A stretch of 64,000 bases of DNA, taken from the NCBI GenBank assembly GCA_963727955.1, contig CAVSII010000006.1:5183-69182 (forward strand), given 5' to 3'. Position numbers and translations under genes: made by a program. This stretch comes from an uncultured Acidimicrobiaceae bacterium. GTDB taxonomy: Bacteria > Actinomycetota > Acidimicrobiia > Acidimicrobiales > RAAP-2. Positions 1 to 10,093 of this stretch are shown one piece after another (within the stretch, counting starts at the first letter, position 1; every line of letters starts with the position of its first letter). The notes beneath the pieces were generated by a model, which worked only from the letters and a program-made list of their open reading frames with translations, was not told the DNA's origin and ran no database searches.

Positions 1-893
1 ATCTGGTCGAGCTCACCCACCACGGCGAAGGTGCGCAGCATCTCGTCGTCGATGAGGTCGGCCATGGCCTCCCACTGGCCCCTCTTCGACAGGGTGTTGA
101 GCTCGGTCTGCAGCGCCCCCCAGCCGTGCAGCTCGAGCACGGGCCGGTAGGCCGGGGTCGAGCCGTAGAAGGCCAGCTGGGTCTTGGCCGCCTTGGCCGC
201 CGCGGCCAAGGCGGCCTCGTCCACCCCGGTTACCACCATCCCCTGGTAGGAGACCTGCACGTCGGCCCGGGTCTTGCCCGCCTTGGCCAGGCCGCGCTCG
301 AGGGCTGGCAACGTCACCTCCCGGATGTAGCGGTCGGTGCCGAAGGGGTGGGCCAGAAAGCCGTCACCGACCTCGCCGGCCACCTCGGTCATGTGCTCGC
401 CCACCCCGGCCACCAAGATGGGCGGGTTGCCGTAGGGGTTGGGTCCCGGGTCGAACATGGGGGTCATCAGGGTGTGCCGGTAGAACTCCCCCCGGAAGGC
501 CAGTTTGCTGCCGTCGGCCCAGCTGGCCCAGATGGCCCGGATGGCCAGCACCATCTCCCGCATCCGGGGGGCCGGGTGCGACCACGGCATGGAGAAGCGC
601 TTCTCGATGTGGGGCTTGATCTGGGAGCCCAGCCCGAGGAGGAAGCGCCCCTGCGACTGGGCCTGCAGGTCGTTGGCCGCCACCGCCAGGGTCATCGGGC
701 TGCGGGCGAAGGCCACGGTGATGGCCGTGCCCAGGCCCAGCCGCTCGGTGTGGTCGGCCGCCCGCACCAGGGGGAAGAACGGGTCGTGGTTGACCTCGGC
801 CGTCCACAGGGCGTCGTAGCCGCACTGCTCGGCCAGCCGGGCCGTCTCGATCACTCCACTCGGGTCGAACCCGATGACACCGTCGACGAGCAT
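1..893 (-). CDS. LLM-class (luciferase-like) F420-dependent oxidoreductase; 3' end lies outside the window
   Basis: Own translation of the minus strand from ATG (complement of 891-893): MLVDGVIGFDPSGVIETARLAEQCGYDALWTAEVNHDPFFPLV...LGLGSQIKPHIEKRFSMPWSHPAPRMREMV...STPAYRPVLELHGWG. Absent from the ORF track because it is open at the window edge. Confidence 0.8.
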   Translation of the reverse strand, partial: MLVDGVIGFDPSGVIETARLAEQCGYDALWTAEVNHDPFFPLVRAADHTERLGLGTAITVAFARSPMTLAVAANDLQAQSQGRFLLGLGSQIKPHIEKRFSMPWSHPAPRMREMVLAIRAIWASWADGSKLAFRGEFYRHTLMTPMFDPGPNPYGNPPILVAGVGEHMTEVAGEVGDGFLAHPFGTDRYIREVTLPALERGLAKAGKTRADVQVSYQGMVVTGVDEAALAAAAKAAKTQLAFYGSTPAYRPVLELHGWGALQTELNTLSKRGQWEAMADLIDDEMLRTFAVVGELDQ

Positions 894-958
894 CCCGGCA
901 CGCTACCGTCCGGCCCTGTGTGGTTGCATAAAGGCCGGCTTCCCCCCACAATTGAGGA

Positions 959-1555
959 GTGACCGAAGACGCCACCGACGGTCGCCCGTGGCCGGTCGAC
1001 CCGTCTGTGCCGCCGGCCCCGTCGGCACCCACCCCCGTGCCCGAGCTGGTGGTGGCCGACGGGGTGTCCGACCTCCTGGCCTCTTTTGCCGGCAACGGAA
1101 ACGGCAACGGGCACCGGCCGGCCACCCCGCCGGCCACCACCCCGGTCACCGACGAGGACCGCACCACCTTCGGCCTGCTCCTCGACCGGGCGGCCGAGCG
1201 GGGCCTGCTGTCCCAGAGCGAGTACCAGCTCCGCCTGGGCGAGCTGGCCGAGGCCACCAGCCGCGACGAGATGCGCCGCATCGTGACCGAGTTGCCCGCC
1301 TTCGTCACCCCGGCCCCCGCGGCCCGGAGCCCCCGCGGGCGCAAGCCGGCCTTCCCCGCCTCCGGCCAATCGGCCGTGGCCGGTGGGGCGGAGCGTCGGG
1401 CCACCCCGTGGGCCCTGTTGGCCGTGGTGGTGGCCGTGCTGCTGATCGCCGTGTTGTTCTTCGCCTTCTACGCCGAGCATGTCGTCCACCAACACACCGG
1501 TGGCGGGGCGGGCGCCCTGGGGGTGTGGCCGCTGGTGTCCCCCTTCCTGAGCTGA
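959..1555 (+). CDS. DUF1707 (SHOCT-like) domain membrane protein
   Basis: ORF 959..1555. Motif DRAAERGLLSQSEYQLRLGELAEATSRDEMRRIVTELP, followed by a C-terminal TM helix WALLAVVVAVLLIAVLFFAF. Confidence 0.7.
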   Translation: MTEDATDGRPWPVDPSVPPAPSAPTPVPELVVADGVSDLLASFAGNGNGNGHRPATPPATTPVTDEDRTTFGLLLDRAAERGLLSQSEYQLRLGELAEATSRDEMRRIVTELPAFVTPAPAARSPRGRKPAFPASGQSAVAGGAERRATPWALLAVVVAVLLIAVLFFAFYAEHVVHQHTGGGAGALGVWPLVSPFLS

Positions 1556-1709
1556 CCGCTCAGCTCGGCCCGCACCAGATCCGGTGCATGTCAAGGCGTG
1601 GGGAGCTTCTCGTGGCCGTATGGCGGCCGGTCGGTGGTCGCGCCCGCCGGTACAGTGAGCCGACTGAGTTACCTGCCAGAGAGGCGGTGCCGCGTCCGGC
1701 GGAGGATCC

Positions 1710-4471
1710 ATGGCTGACGTCTTCGTTTCCTACTCACGGCGGGACGCCGATTTCGTCCAACGGATGGCCTCCTCGTTGGAGGAGCGGGGCAAGTCGGTGT
1801 GGATCGACACCCAGGGCATCGCCGACACCGAGGTCTTCCCTCAGGCCCTGCGGTCGGCCATCGAGGGGTCCGACGCCTTCCTGTTCGTGATCACCCCCGA
1901 CTCGGTGGCCTCCGACTTCTGCGAGCAGGAGGTCACCTACGCCCGCAGCCTCGAGAAGCGCATCGTCCCCGCGCTGCGGGCGCCGGTGCCCGACCCGGCC
2001 ATCCCCGAGGAGATCCGCCACCGTAACTGGATCCCCTTCACCGAGGCCGAGGACGTCGACGCCTCCCTCGACCGGGTGGTCCGGGCCCTCGACACCGACC
2101 TGGCCGCCTGCAAGGAGCACACCCGCTGGCTGGTCAAGGCCCTCGAGTGGGACGCCGAGGACCGCGACCGCAGCTTCCTTCTGCGGGGCAGCGAACTGAA
2201 GGCGGCGGAGAGCTGGCTGGCCGGTACCTCCCCCGAGGCCGAGCCGGCCCCCACCACCGTCCAGAGCGAGTACGTGCTGGCCAGCCGGCGGGCCGCCGCA
2301 CGGCGCCAGCGCACCCTGGTCACAGCCAGCCTGGTGGTGGCGGTGGTGGCCGTCGGGGTGGGTGTGGTGGCCCTGGTGCCCCGCAACCAGGCGGTGAGCG
2401 CTGGGCGGACCGATCGTGTCCAGGCCCTGGCGGCCGAGAGCCAGAACGAGCTGTCGGCAGACCCCGAGGTGTCGGTACTCCTGGCCCGCCAGGCCGTCCA
2501 GACCGACCCCGACCCGCAGGCGGTGGCCGCCCTGCGCCAGGCGGTCGACGCCTCGGCGGTCCGGGTGGCCCTCCCCACCCAGTCCGGCCGGCAGTGCGGC
2601 TACCTCGGGGCTCCCTCCCTGGCCTACAGCCCCGACGGCCACCGGCTGGCCGAGAGCCTGTGCACCGGGGAGGTGGTGGTGGCCGACGCGGGACCGGCCG
2701 CATCCTCTACCGGCGCCACATCGCCGGACAGCTCGGTGCGGTGGCCTACGCACCCGACGGCCGGACCCTGGCGGTGGGGACCCCAACGGGTGTCTCTCTC
2801 CTCGACCCGTCTACCGGGGCGGTTGTGGCCCGGCTGTCGGACGATGCCCAGCCCAATGCCCTGGCCTACAGTCCCGACGGATCCCTGCTGGCCGCCACCA
2901 CCAACCGGGGCACCACCCTGTGGGACCTGTCTACCGGTGCGGTGCGTTTTTCCTTCCCCGGGGTCAACGACAACTTCAGTCTGGCCTTCACCTCCGACAG
3001 TAAGGCCCTGGCGGTCGGGACCGGGGCCGGCTTCACCGCGGTCTTCGACGTGACCACCGGCCAGACCCTGCACCGGCTGGCGCCCCCCGCCGGCCAGGAC
3101 ATATCGCCCGGGTCGAGCCCCAATCCGGTGGCAGTGGGCGGGAACCTGTTGGCCGTGGCCGTCAATGTCAACGGGCCGGGAGACCTGTCGGCCGACATCG
3201 ACTTGTGGAACACCACCACTTGGACCTTCGACAAGGTGCTGACCCCGGTGACCAACACCGCCGTGGGCGCGGTGGCCGTCAGCCCCGACGGTCAGGACGT
3301 GGCCGTGGGCAACGACGACGGATCGGGCGGGGTGTGGGCGGTGTCCACCGGCGAGCAACTGGTCACCCTGCGGGGCCAGACGGCGGAAATCAACACCATC
3401 GCCTTCAGCCCCGACGGCACCACGGTGGCGGCGGTGGCCGAGGACGGGACGGCCCGCACCTACCGGGCGGGGGGCCCGTGGCTGCTGACCCTTCCCACCG
3501 AGCTGTGCGGCTGCGGCAACGAGATCGGCTGGCAGCCCCACAAACTGGTGGCCACGGCCCGCACCGGCAACGACATCGAGCTGCAGACCTGGCTCCTCCC
3601 CAGCGGCCGGCTGGTGCCCGACTCCCCGGTGGTGAGCACCGACCAGCAGAACGAGGGGGTGGTGATCAGCGACGACGGCCGCCTGGCCGCCAGCTGGGAC
3701 GAGCAGACTCCTACCTCGACCGTACAGGTGACCGACGGCTCCACCGGCCGGGTCGTCTTCACCCTGCCGGCCACCACCGTCGAGGACGTGTCGTTCAGCC
3801 CCGACGGCCGCTAACTGGTGGTGACCGACAGCTCCGGAGGGATGCACGTGGCCGACCTGGACGATCACCGGGTGGTGGTCGGACAGGGCTGGCCCCGGAC
3901 GTGTGTGAACGGCGGATATCCGCCGGCGGTGTCCAACCACGACAAACTGGTGGCCGTCTACACCTTCTGCGGGCAGGTGACTGTCGGCCACCTGGGCGAC
4001 GCCCGTCCCTTCGAGAACTTCAACCAGCACCAGCAGCTGTCGGAGATCGCCTTCGACGCGACCGGCCAGCGGCTGGCCCTGGCCAGCTGGGACAGCTCGG
4101 TGACGGTGGTCGACGTGGCCACCGACCGGCCCGTCCTCGAGCTCATCGGCCACACCCGGGGGGTGACCGGCGTGGTCTACTCCCGCACCGGGGGCTACAT
4201 CATCACCTCCAGCGGCGACGACAGCCTGCGGGTTTGGGACGCCACCACCGGTCAGCTCATGCAGGTGGACAGGGACGAATCGGCCCTCGACGACGTGTCG
4301 GCCAGTCCGGACGGGAAGTGGGTGGCCGAGGAGAACAGCGACAACCAGGTGCGGGTGTGGGCCGTGTGTCCCGACTGTCGTGACCCGTCGGCCCTGCTGG
4401 CCGGCTCCGCCGCCTCGGCGGTCTCGCCCCTCACCCCTCTCGAGCGTGAGGCGGCGGCCCAGGCCGGGTGA
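1710..4471 (+). pseudogene. TIR domain - TM helix - double beta-propeller (WD40/PD40-like) protein, broken by one frameshift and one in-frame TAA
   Basis: ORF 1710..3053 starts MADVFVSYSRRDADFV...FLFVITPDSVASDFCEQEV (TIR fold with conserved Glu). A TM segment LVTASLVVAVVAVGVGVVALV follows, then SPDG-type blades. After ~2691 the blades continue in another frame (ORF 2147..3814: ILYRRHIAGQLGAVAYAPDGRTLAV...). They hit TAA at 3812-3814 inside a blade (SFSPDGR*LVVTDSSG) and run on in the same frame to 4471. SD GGAGGA lies before ATG 1710. Confidence 0.8.
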
Positions 4472-4513
4472 GGCCCCCCACCGACCACCGGATGGTCCCG
4501 GCGGTCCCTGCGG

Positions 4514-5422
4514 TCAGTGGCCTTCGCCCCTCAGGAACTGCTCGAGCTCGGCGGCGATCTCGTCCCCGGTGGGGACGTTCATGTCCAGCCCCGGGGCGGC
4601 CGCCTGTTCGGAGTCGAGGGCCATCTCCAGACGGTGGACCATGTCCAGGTGCTCGGGGTTGGCCCCGATCAGCTCGTCGACCTGACGCCGCGACTCGTCA
4701 CCGGCCCGCCGCAACGACGAACTGTCGAGCACCAGGCCGGTCACGGCGCACAGCCCTTCGATGAGGGCGGCGCTGGCTTCGGGGTAGGGCATGGCCGACA
4801 CGTAGTGGGGGACCCGGGCCCACAGGCCGATGACCGGCACCTCGGCCTGGCCCAGGGCCACCTCGAGGGCGGCCTGCACCCCGGCCGGCACTTCGAGGGT
4901 GCCCTGCACGGTGCCCACCCGGCCGACCAGGTCGGCCGACTGGGGCGGGACGGTGGAGGCCAGTTTGACCGGGCGGGTGTGGGGCGTGGGGGCGGGGAAG
5001 GCACCCAGCCCGACCACGGTGCGCACCTCCAGGCTGCGGACCATCCCGACCACCGCTTCGATGAAGGTGGGCCACAGGAAGTCCGGCTCCGGCCCGGTCA
5101 GGTAGACGATGTCGGCTCCCACCCGGTCCTTGCCCGCCGTGACCCGGATGGCCGGCCAGGTCAGGTCGGTGGTGACCCCGTTCTCCAGCCGGGCGATGGG
5201 CCGCCGGGCCCGCTGGTCGATGAGCAGCTCGGTGTCGAAGGTGGCCACCGCCTGGGCGGGGGAGGAGGTGATCAGCTGCTCGATGGCCGCCGACGATCCC
5301 ATGCCGGCGTCGACCCAACCCTCGAGACCCACCACCAGCACCGGTGCCGCCAGGCCCGGGTCGTCCACGTCGCCCCACTCCGGGTCGTAACGGAGGAGGG
5401 CGCCGGCGTCGGGGCGGTTCAC
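4514..5422 (-). CDS. PAC2 (proteasome assembly chaperone-like) family protein
   Basis: ORF 4514..5422: PVLVVGLEGWVDAGMGSSAAIEQL...VVGLGAFPAPTPHTRP...GLWARVPHYVSAMPYPEASAALIEGL. The GTG start overlaps the upstream stop as GTGA. Confidence 0.75.
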   Translation of the reverse strand: MNRPDAGALLRYDPEWGDVDDPGLAAPVLVVGLEGWVDAGMGSSAAIEQLITSSPAQAVATFDTELLIDQRARRPIARLENGVTTDLTWPAIRVTAGKDRVGADIVYLTGPEPDFLWPTFIEAVVGMVRSLEVRTVVGLGAFPAPTPHTRPVKLASTVPPQSADLVGRVGTVQGTLEVPAGVQAALEVALGQAEVPVIGLWARVPHYVSAMPYPEASAALIEGLCAVTGLVLDSSSLRRAGDESRRQVDELIGANPEHLDMVHRLEMALDSEQAAAPGLDMNVPTGDEIAAELEQFLRGEGH

Positions 5423-6510
5423 AGCGACTCCACCTCGGCCAGGGCCCGTTGGCCCAGCCGGACCACGTGGTCGGCGAACTGGTCCACCCCGGTACGGTCG
5501 CCGGCCGCCGCCCCGCCCACGTAGCGGACGTAGACCCCCTGGAGGATGCAGGCCAGCTTCCAGAACCCGAAGGCCCGGTAATAGGCGATCTCCGAGACGT
5601 CCCGTCCGGTCAGCGCCCCGTAGCGGGCCAGCAGGTCGGCCCGGCGGGCGAAGCCGGGCAGGGCGGTCGGGGCCACCCCCACCAGCGAGTGGTCGCCGTC
5701 CTCGGGCTCGGCCCAGTAGACGAGGAGCAGTCCGAGGTCGGCCAGCGGGTCACCGAGGGTGCAGATCTCCCAGTCGAGGATGGCCGACACGTTGCCATCG
5801 TCGTCCAGCACGGTGTTGTCCAACCGGTAGTCCCCGTGGACGATGGCGTCACCCTGTTGGTCGGGGATGCGGGCGGCCAGAAGGTCGTGGACCCGGTCGA
5901 CCACCGCCGGTCCGGGCCGGCCGTCCACCGTCGAGTGGGTGAACTGATCGTGCCACCGCTTGAGCTGGCGGGCGATGTACCCCTCCCGACGGGCGAAGTC
6001 GGACAGGCCCACCGCGTCCACGTCCACCGCGTGGAGCTGGGCCAGCGTCTCGACCAAGGCGTCGCCGGCGTGCCCGCGGGCCTCCATGGTCAGTGCGGCC
6101 ACCGCCTGTTCGTCCCGCACGATGTGGCCCTCGACGAAGGACATCACGTAGAAGGGGGCGCCGTTGACAGCGGTGTCGGTGCACAGCCCGAGGGTGCGGG
6201 GCACGGGGACCCCGGTGGGACCGAGGGCGGAGATGACCGTGTACTCCCGTTTCATGTCGTGGGCGGTGGGGAGGACGTGGCTGACCGGCGGCCGGCGCAG
6301 GGCGAAGGTGTGACCGGCGCTGTCGGCCACCCGGTAGGTCAGGTTGGAACGCCCCCCGGCGATGAGGTCGAAATCGAAGGGGGGCTGGGCGGCGGGGATG
6401 GCGGCGGTCATCCAGGCGGTGACCCCTTCCCGGTCGATCCCCTCGACCGCCACACCGGTGGCAACCTGCCCTGCATCCATGGACACGACGCTACTCGGCG
6501 CGGCCCTCAT
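5419..6510 (-). CDS. Phosphotransferase (APH/choline kinase-like) family protein
   Basis: ORF 5419..6510: GGRSNLTYRV...FALRRPP...VHGDYRLDNTVL...ILDWEICTLGDPLADLG. These are the kinase catalytic HGD.R.DN and DWE motifs. Confidence 0.8.
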   Translation of the reverse strand: MRAAPSSVVSMDAGQVATGVAVEGIDREGVTAWMTAAIPAAQPPFDFDLIAGGRSNLTYRVADSAGHTFALRRPPVSHVLPTAHDMKREYTVISALGPTGVPVPRTLGLCTDTAVNGAPFYVMSFVEGHIVRDEQAVAALTMEARGHAGDALVETLAQLHAVDVDAVGLSDFARREGYIARQLKRWHDQFTHSTVDGRPGPAVVDRVHDLLAARIPDQQGDAIVHGDYRLDNTVLDDDGNVSAILDWEICTLGDPLADLGLLLVYWAEPEDGDHSLVGVAPTALPGFARRADLLARYGALTGRDVSEIAYYRAFGFWKLACILQGVYVRYVGGAAAGDRTGVDQFADHVVRLGQRALAEVESL

Positions 6511-6561
6511 TCAGGCCGACGGGCCGACCGGTTTTCCGGTCGCTCCCGGTATCGTGATCCG

Positions 6562-7281
6562 ATGGTCGATGTCACCGATGCCACCTTCGAAGAGGAAGTC
6601 CTGCGCCGATCGTCCGAGCTCCCGGTGGTGGTCGACCTGTGGGCGCCCTGGTGCGGTCCGTGCCGGACCCTCGGGCCCATCATCGAGAAGGTGGTCGACG
6701 CCACCGAGGGGGCGGTGGCCCTGGCCAAGGTCAACGTGGACGAGAACCCGACCATCGCCGGCAGCTTTCAGGTCCAGTCCATCCCCGCCGTGTTCGCCCT
6801 CAGGGACGGTAAGGTGGTCGACGGTTTCATCGGCGCCCTGCCCGAAGAGGCGGTGGCCGAGTTCATCGGCCGGCTGGCCCCGGCACCCTCCGAAGCCGAC
6901 CGGCTGGTGGAGGAAGGGGTGCGGACCGCCTCGCCCGATCCCATCCGCCAAGCCCTCGAGCTGCAGCCCGACCACGAGGGGGCCATCACCGCCCTGGCCC
7001 GCATGCTCATCGACAGCGGCGACAGCGACGAGGCCATGGCCCTGCTCCGGCGCATCCCCGAAACGGCCGACACCCGGGTGCTGATGGCCGAGGCCCGTCT
7101 CTCCTCCCAGGAGGTCGACGTGGCCGACACCGACGTCGACGCCCTCCTCGACGGACTGCTCGACAAGGTGCGCGACGACGAGGCCGCCCGTCAGGAGTTC
7201 GTCGATCTGCTGGAGACCCTGGGACCGGCCGACCCCCGCACCGCCCGCTACCGCAAGGCCTTGTCGGCCCGCCTGTTCTGA
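6562..7281 (+). CDS. Thioredoxin-domain protein with TPR-like C-terminal domain (YbbN/CnoX-like co-chaperone)
   Basis: In-frame ATG 6562 within ORF 5344..7281: MVDVTDATFEEEVLRRSSELPVVVDLWAPWCGPCRTLGP... (WCGPC active site). The helical C-terminal half follows. The 5' 1.2 kb of the ORF is antisense to the kinase gene and looks non-coding. Confidence 0.8.
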   Translation: MVDVTDATFEEEVLRRSSELPVVVDLWAPWCGPCRTLGPIIEKVVDATEGAVALAKVNVDENPTIAGSFQVQSIPAVFALRDGKVVDGFIGALPEEAVAEFIGRLAPAPSEADRLVEEGVRTASPDPIRQALELQPDHEGAITALARMLIDSGDSDEAMALLRRIPETADTRVLMAEARLSSQEVDVADTDVDALLDGLLDKVRDDEAARQEFVDLLETLGPADPRTARYRKALSARLF

Positions 7282-7310
7282 CGCCACCGGTCGCCGCCCC
7301 GACCGGTAGC

Positions 7311-8207
7311 GTGCCCACCGTGCACGCCACCACCCTGACCCTGGGCGAGCGCACCGTCGACATCGCCGAGCGGGCCCTGGTCATGGGCGTGCTCAACCGG
7401 ACCCCCGACTCCTTCTACGACAAGGGGGCCACCTTCGCCCTCGACCAACTGGTGGGCCGGGCCGAGCAGCTGGTGGCCGACGGGGCCGACATCCTCGACG
7501 TGGGCGGGGTCAAGGCCGGGCCCGGTCCGGCCGTCGAGGAGGACGAGGAGATGGAGCGGGTCATCCCGGCCATCGCCGCCCTCCGGGCCCGCTTCGACGT
7601 CCCCCTCTCGGTCGACACCTGGCGGGCCTCGGTGGCCCGGGCCGCCTACCAGGCCGGGGCGGTGGTGGGCAACGACATCAGCGGTTTCGCCGATCCCGAC
7701 TACCTGCCGGCCGCCGCCGCCGCCGGGGCCACCGTGGTGGCCACCCACATCCGGCTCGGACCGCGCATCCCCGACCCCGAACCGGTCTACGACGACGTGG
7801 TGGCCACCGTCGGCGACTTCCTGCTCGAGCGGGCCGCCTGGGCCCGGGAGGCCGGCATCCCCCCCGACCGCATCGTCCTCGACGCCGGACTCGACCTGGG
7901 CAAGACGGCGGCCCAGTCGCTGGTCTTGCTGCGGGCGTCGGATGCCTTGGCCGACCTCGGCTTCCCCCTCCTCCTGTCGGCCTCCAACAAGACCTTCCTC
8001 GGGGTGGTGTGCGGGCTCGAGCTGGGGGAGCGGGGGGCGGCCTCGCTGGCCGCGGCCGCCCTCGGGGTGTCCCTCGGTTGTCGCATCGTCCGGGTCCACG
8101 ACGTGGCCGGCCACCGCCAGGTGTGTGCCACCCTGGCCGCCATCGAGCGGGCCCGGCTGTCGGCCCGACCGGCCCCGGCCAGGGCTGGGTCCGGAGGCGG
8201 ACGGTGA
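7311..8207 (+). CDS. folP: Dihydropteroate synthase
   Basis: ORF 7311..8207: VMGVLNRTPDSFYDKG...GADILDVGG...LSVDTW...GAVVGNDISG...DAGLDLGKT...LLLSASNKTFLG...RVHDV. Confidence 0.9.
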   Translation: MPTVHATTLTLGERTVDIAERALVMGVLNRTPDSFYDKGATFALDQLVGRAEQLVADGADILDVGGVKAGPGPAVEEDEEMERVIPAIAALRARFDVPLSVDTWRASVARAAYQAGAVVGNDISGFADPDYLPAAAAAGATVVATHIRLGPRIPDPEPVYDDVVATVGDFLLERAAWAREAGIPPDRIVLDAGLDLGKTAAQSLVLLRASDALADLGFPLLLSASNKTFLGVVCGLELGERGAASLAAAALGVSLGCRIVRVHDVAGHRQVCATLAAIERARLSARPAPARAGSGGGR

Positions 8208-9214
8208 GCGCCGCCGGGGCGGCCACCGGGGTGGAGGCGGTGCCGGTCACCCTGGTCAAGGGGGACGACCCCGCCCTGGTGGCCCAAGCCGCCCACACCC
8301 TGGTCGAGCAGTTGGTGGGCGACGACGATCCGTCGCTGGTGGTCGAGGAGTTCGGCGGCCCGGGGTCCGACGAGCTGGATGTGGGAGCGGTCATCGACGC
8401 CTGCACCACCCCGCCCTTTCTGGTGGCGCGCCGGGTGGTGGTGGTGCGCGACGTGGGCAAGCTGGCGGCCGACGACGCCCGCCGGCTGACCGACTACCTC
8501 AAGGAGCCCCTGCCCACCACCGCCCTGGTCCTGCTCAGTGGCGGCGGCAAAATGGCCACCTCCCTGTCCAAGGCGGCCGGCGCCGCCGGGCGGGTGGTCG
8601 ACACCTCGGTGGGCCGCACCGGTCGCGACCGCTCGCAGTGGCTGGCCGACCATTTCCGGGCCGGGCCGGTGCGCCTCGACCCCGCCGCCCAGAAGGCGGC
8701 GGCCGAGCACCTCGGGTCGGACATGGGCCGGCTGGCCGGGCTGCTCGACATGCTGGCCGCCGCCTACGGCGCCGGGGCCTCGGTGTCGGTGGCCGAGCTC
8801 GAGCCCTTTTTGGGCCACGCCGGTTCGCTGGCCCCCTGGGACCTGACCGACGCCATCGACGCCGGCGAGACGGCCACCGCCCTGGCCGTCCTCCACCGCC
8901 TGTTGGAGGCCGACGGCGGCCACCCCCTGGTGGTCATGGCCAACCTCCACCGTCACTACCGCCAGATGCTCCGTCTGGACGGGGCCGACGTGACCAGCGC
9001 CGAGCAGGCGGCCGAGGTTCTCGGTATCCACAGCTATCCAGCCAAGAAGGTGCTGGCCCAGACCCGGCGGATGGGCGCGGCCCGCATCGCCCAGGCCATC
9101 GCCCTCCTGGCCGAGGCCGACCTCGGGCTGCGGGGTACCACCCTGCTGCCGGGCGAGACCGTCCTCGAGATTCTGGTGGCCCGGCTGGCCCGCCTGGTGC
9201 GTCAGGGCCGGTAG
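8204..9214 (+). CDS. holA: DNA polymerase III subunit delta
   Basis: GTG 8204 overlaps the folP stop (GTGA) and is in frame with ORF 8009..9214: VTLVKGDDPALVAQAAHTLVEQLVGDDD...PPFLVARRVVVVRDVGKL...LAPWDLTDAIDAGETATALAVLHRLL...HPLVVMANLHRHYRQM. Confidence 0.8.
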   Translation: MSAAGAATGVEAVPVTLVKGDDPALVAQAAHTLVEQLVGDDDPSLVVEEFGGPGSDELDVGAVIDACTTPPFLVARRVVVVRDVGKLAADDARRLTDYLKEPLPTTALVLLSGGGKMATSLSKAAGAAGRVVDTSVGRTGRDRSQWLADHFRAGPVRLDPAAQKAAAEHLGSDMGRLAGLLDMLAAAYGAGASVSVAELEPFLGHAGSLAPWDLTDAIDAGETATALAVLHRLLEADGGHPLVVMANLHRHYRQMLRLDGADVTSAEQAAEVLGIHSYPAKKVLAQTRRMGAARIAQAIALLAEADLGLRGTTLLPGETVLEILVARLARLVRQGR

Positions 9215-9257
9215 GCAGCGGGCGGGTGGCCGGCGGGCGGCAGGCGGGTGGCCGCTT

Positions 9258-9974
9258 CTAGCTGGCCACCGCGTCCCGCGACTGCTCGCCGGCGTCGGCC
9301 ACGCTCTCCGTCCACTGGAAGCCGTTCCAGTAGCGGAACTGGTGACGGCCGGTGGGGTCGGCCTTCCAACCGGCGGGAACGGTGGGGGTGGCCTCGGCCG
9401 CCGCCGCGTAGGACCGGGTCTCCTGGAGGCTGGTCCGCTGCTTGGGCCGGTAGGGCCGGGCCAGGGTGAGGGTGGACCGGCCCGAGTGGGCCGCCCCGGT
9501 GCTGAAGAAGGTGCTGGACACCTCGGTGGGTTCCGGCGCTCCTGCTGTCACTGTCTCTACCATGCGGACCTGCTCCTCTGTGATAGTCGACCCCGGGCCT
9601 TCTGGCCGGGTGGTGAAGCCCTCGAATCCAACCGGCGGGGCGATGATCCCGGCCGACCCGCCGACCCTCTGCTGCTCCTCCCGCTGCTTCTGGGCCGCTT
9701 CTTCGCCGAAGCGCTCGAAGGGCAGGCTGGCGGCCCGGCCGGCCGAGGCGATGGCGGCCACCTTGGTCCGGGCCCCCAGCACGTAGATGAGTAGGCCGAC
9801 CAGAGGGAGGAGGAGGATGAGGACCAGATGGGCCGCTCTGCTCTCTTGGGCCCGCTTCCAGGCCCATCCGGGCAGACGGAGGCAATCGATGGCCCCGATG
9901 ACCATGGCCAGAGCGGTGATGAAGCCCACCAGCTCGAGAGTGAAGATGCTTGGACCTGCAATTGCTCCGGTCAT
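9258..9974 (-). CDS. Membrane protein with PLD-nuclease N-terminal (PLDc_N) TM domain and C-terminal DUF2510 domain
   Basis: ORF 9258..9974. N-terminus: LRLPGWAWKRAQESRAAHLVLILLLPLVGLLIYVLG. C-terminus: GWKADPTGRHQFRYWNGFQWTESVADAG. Confidence 0.65.
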   Translation of the reverse strand: MTGAIAGPSIFTLELVGFITALAMVIGAIDCLRLPGWAWKRAQESRAAHLVLILLLPLVGLLIYVLGARTKVAAIASAGRAASLPFERFGEEAAQKQREEQQRVGGSAGIIAPPVGFEGFTTRPEGPGSTITEEQVRMVETVTAGAPEPTEVSSTFFSTGAAHSGRSTLTLARPYRPKQRTSLQETRSYAAAAEATPTVPAGWKADPTGRHQFRYWNGFQWTESVADAGEQSRDAVAS

Positions 9975-10010
9975 GGACCCAGCCTCCTGTTGGTACCGAT
10001 TCTCTCCATC

Positions 10011-10034
10011 GGCGATGTCGAGTTCGACATCGCC
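10011..10034. promoter_or_regulatory. Perfect 24-bp palindrome (11-bp arms, 2-nt centre) in the 5' region of the 9258..9974 gene
   Basis: GGCGATGTCGA-GT-TCGACATCGCC read directly. It lies 37-60 nt upstream of the minus-strand start at 9974. No U-tract follows it on either strand. Confidence 0.4.
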
Positions 10035-10069
10035 TTACTGCTGCATCACTGCGTCCGCCGCGGCCTGGG

Positions 10070-10093
10070 CCGTGGCCTTATCTACTTCCGGAT
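10070..10093. repeat. 12-bp direct tandem duplication
   Basis: ATCTACTTCCGG ATCTACTTCCGG read directly in the dnaE2 / DUF2510-gene intergenic region. Confidence 0.6.

Noticed and set aside
126-1711. Several long ORFs (126..962 +, 364..1404 -, 851..1711 -, 874..1890 +) overlapping the LLM oxidoreductase and DUF1707 genes
   Set aside because: Their translations are Arg/Gly/Pro/Ala-rich low-complexity strings typical of off-frame or antisense reading of high-GC DNA. Real genes with recognisable motifs occupy the same DNA in other frames. The same reasoning applies to most other overlapping ORFs in the track (for example 7787..9031 -, 14681..16240 - upstream of 15472, 38904..41126 -, 41967..43493 -, 30952..32424 -).
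1710-4471. The TIR gene as part of a Thoeris-type (ThsA/ThsB) defence operon
   Set aside because: No SIR2/SLOG/macro-domain ThsA-like effector or second TIR gene is adjacent. The neighbours are a DUF1707 membrane protein and a PAC2/kinase pair transcribed from the other strand.
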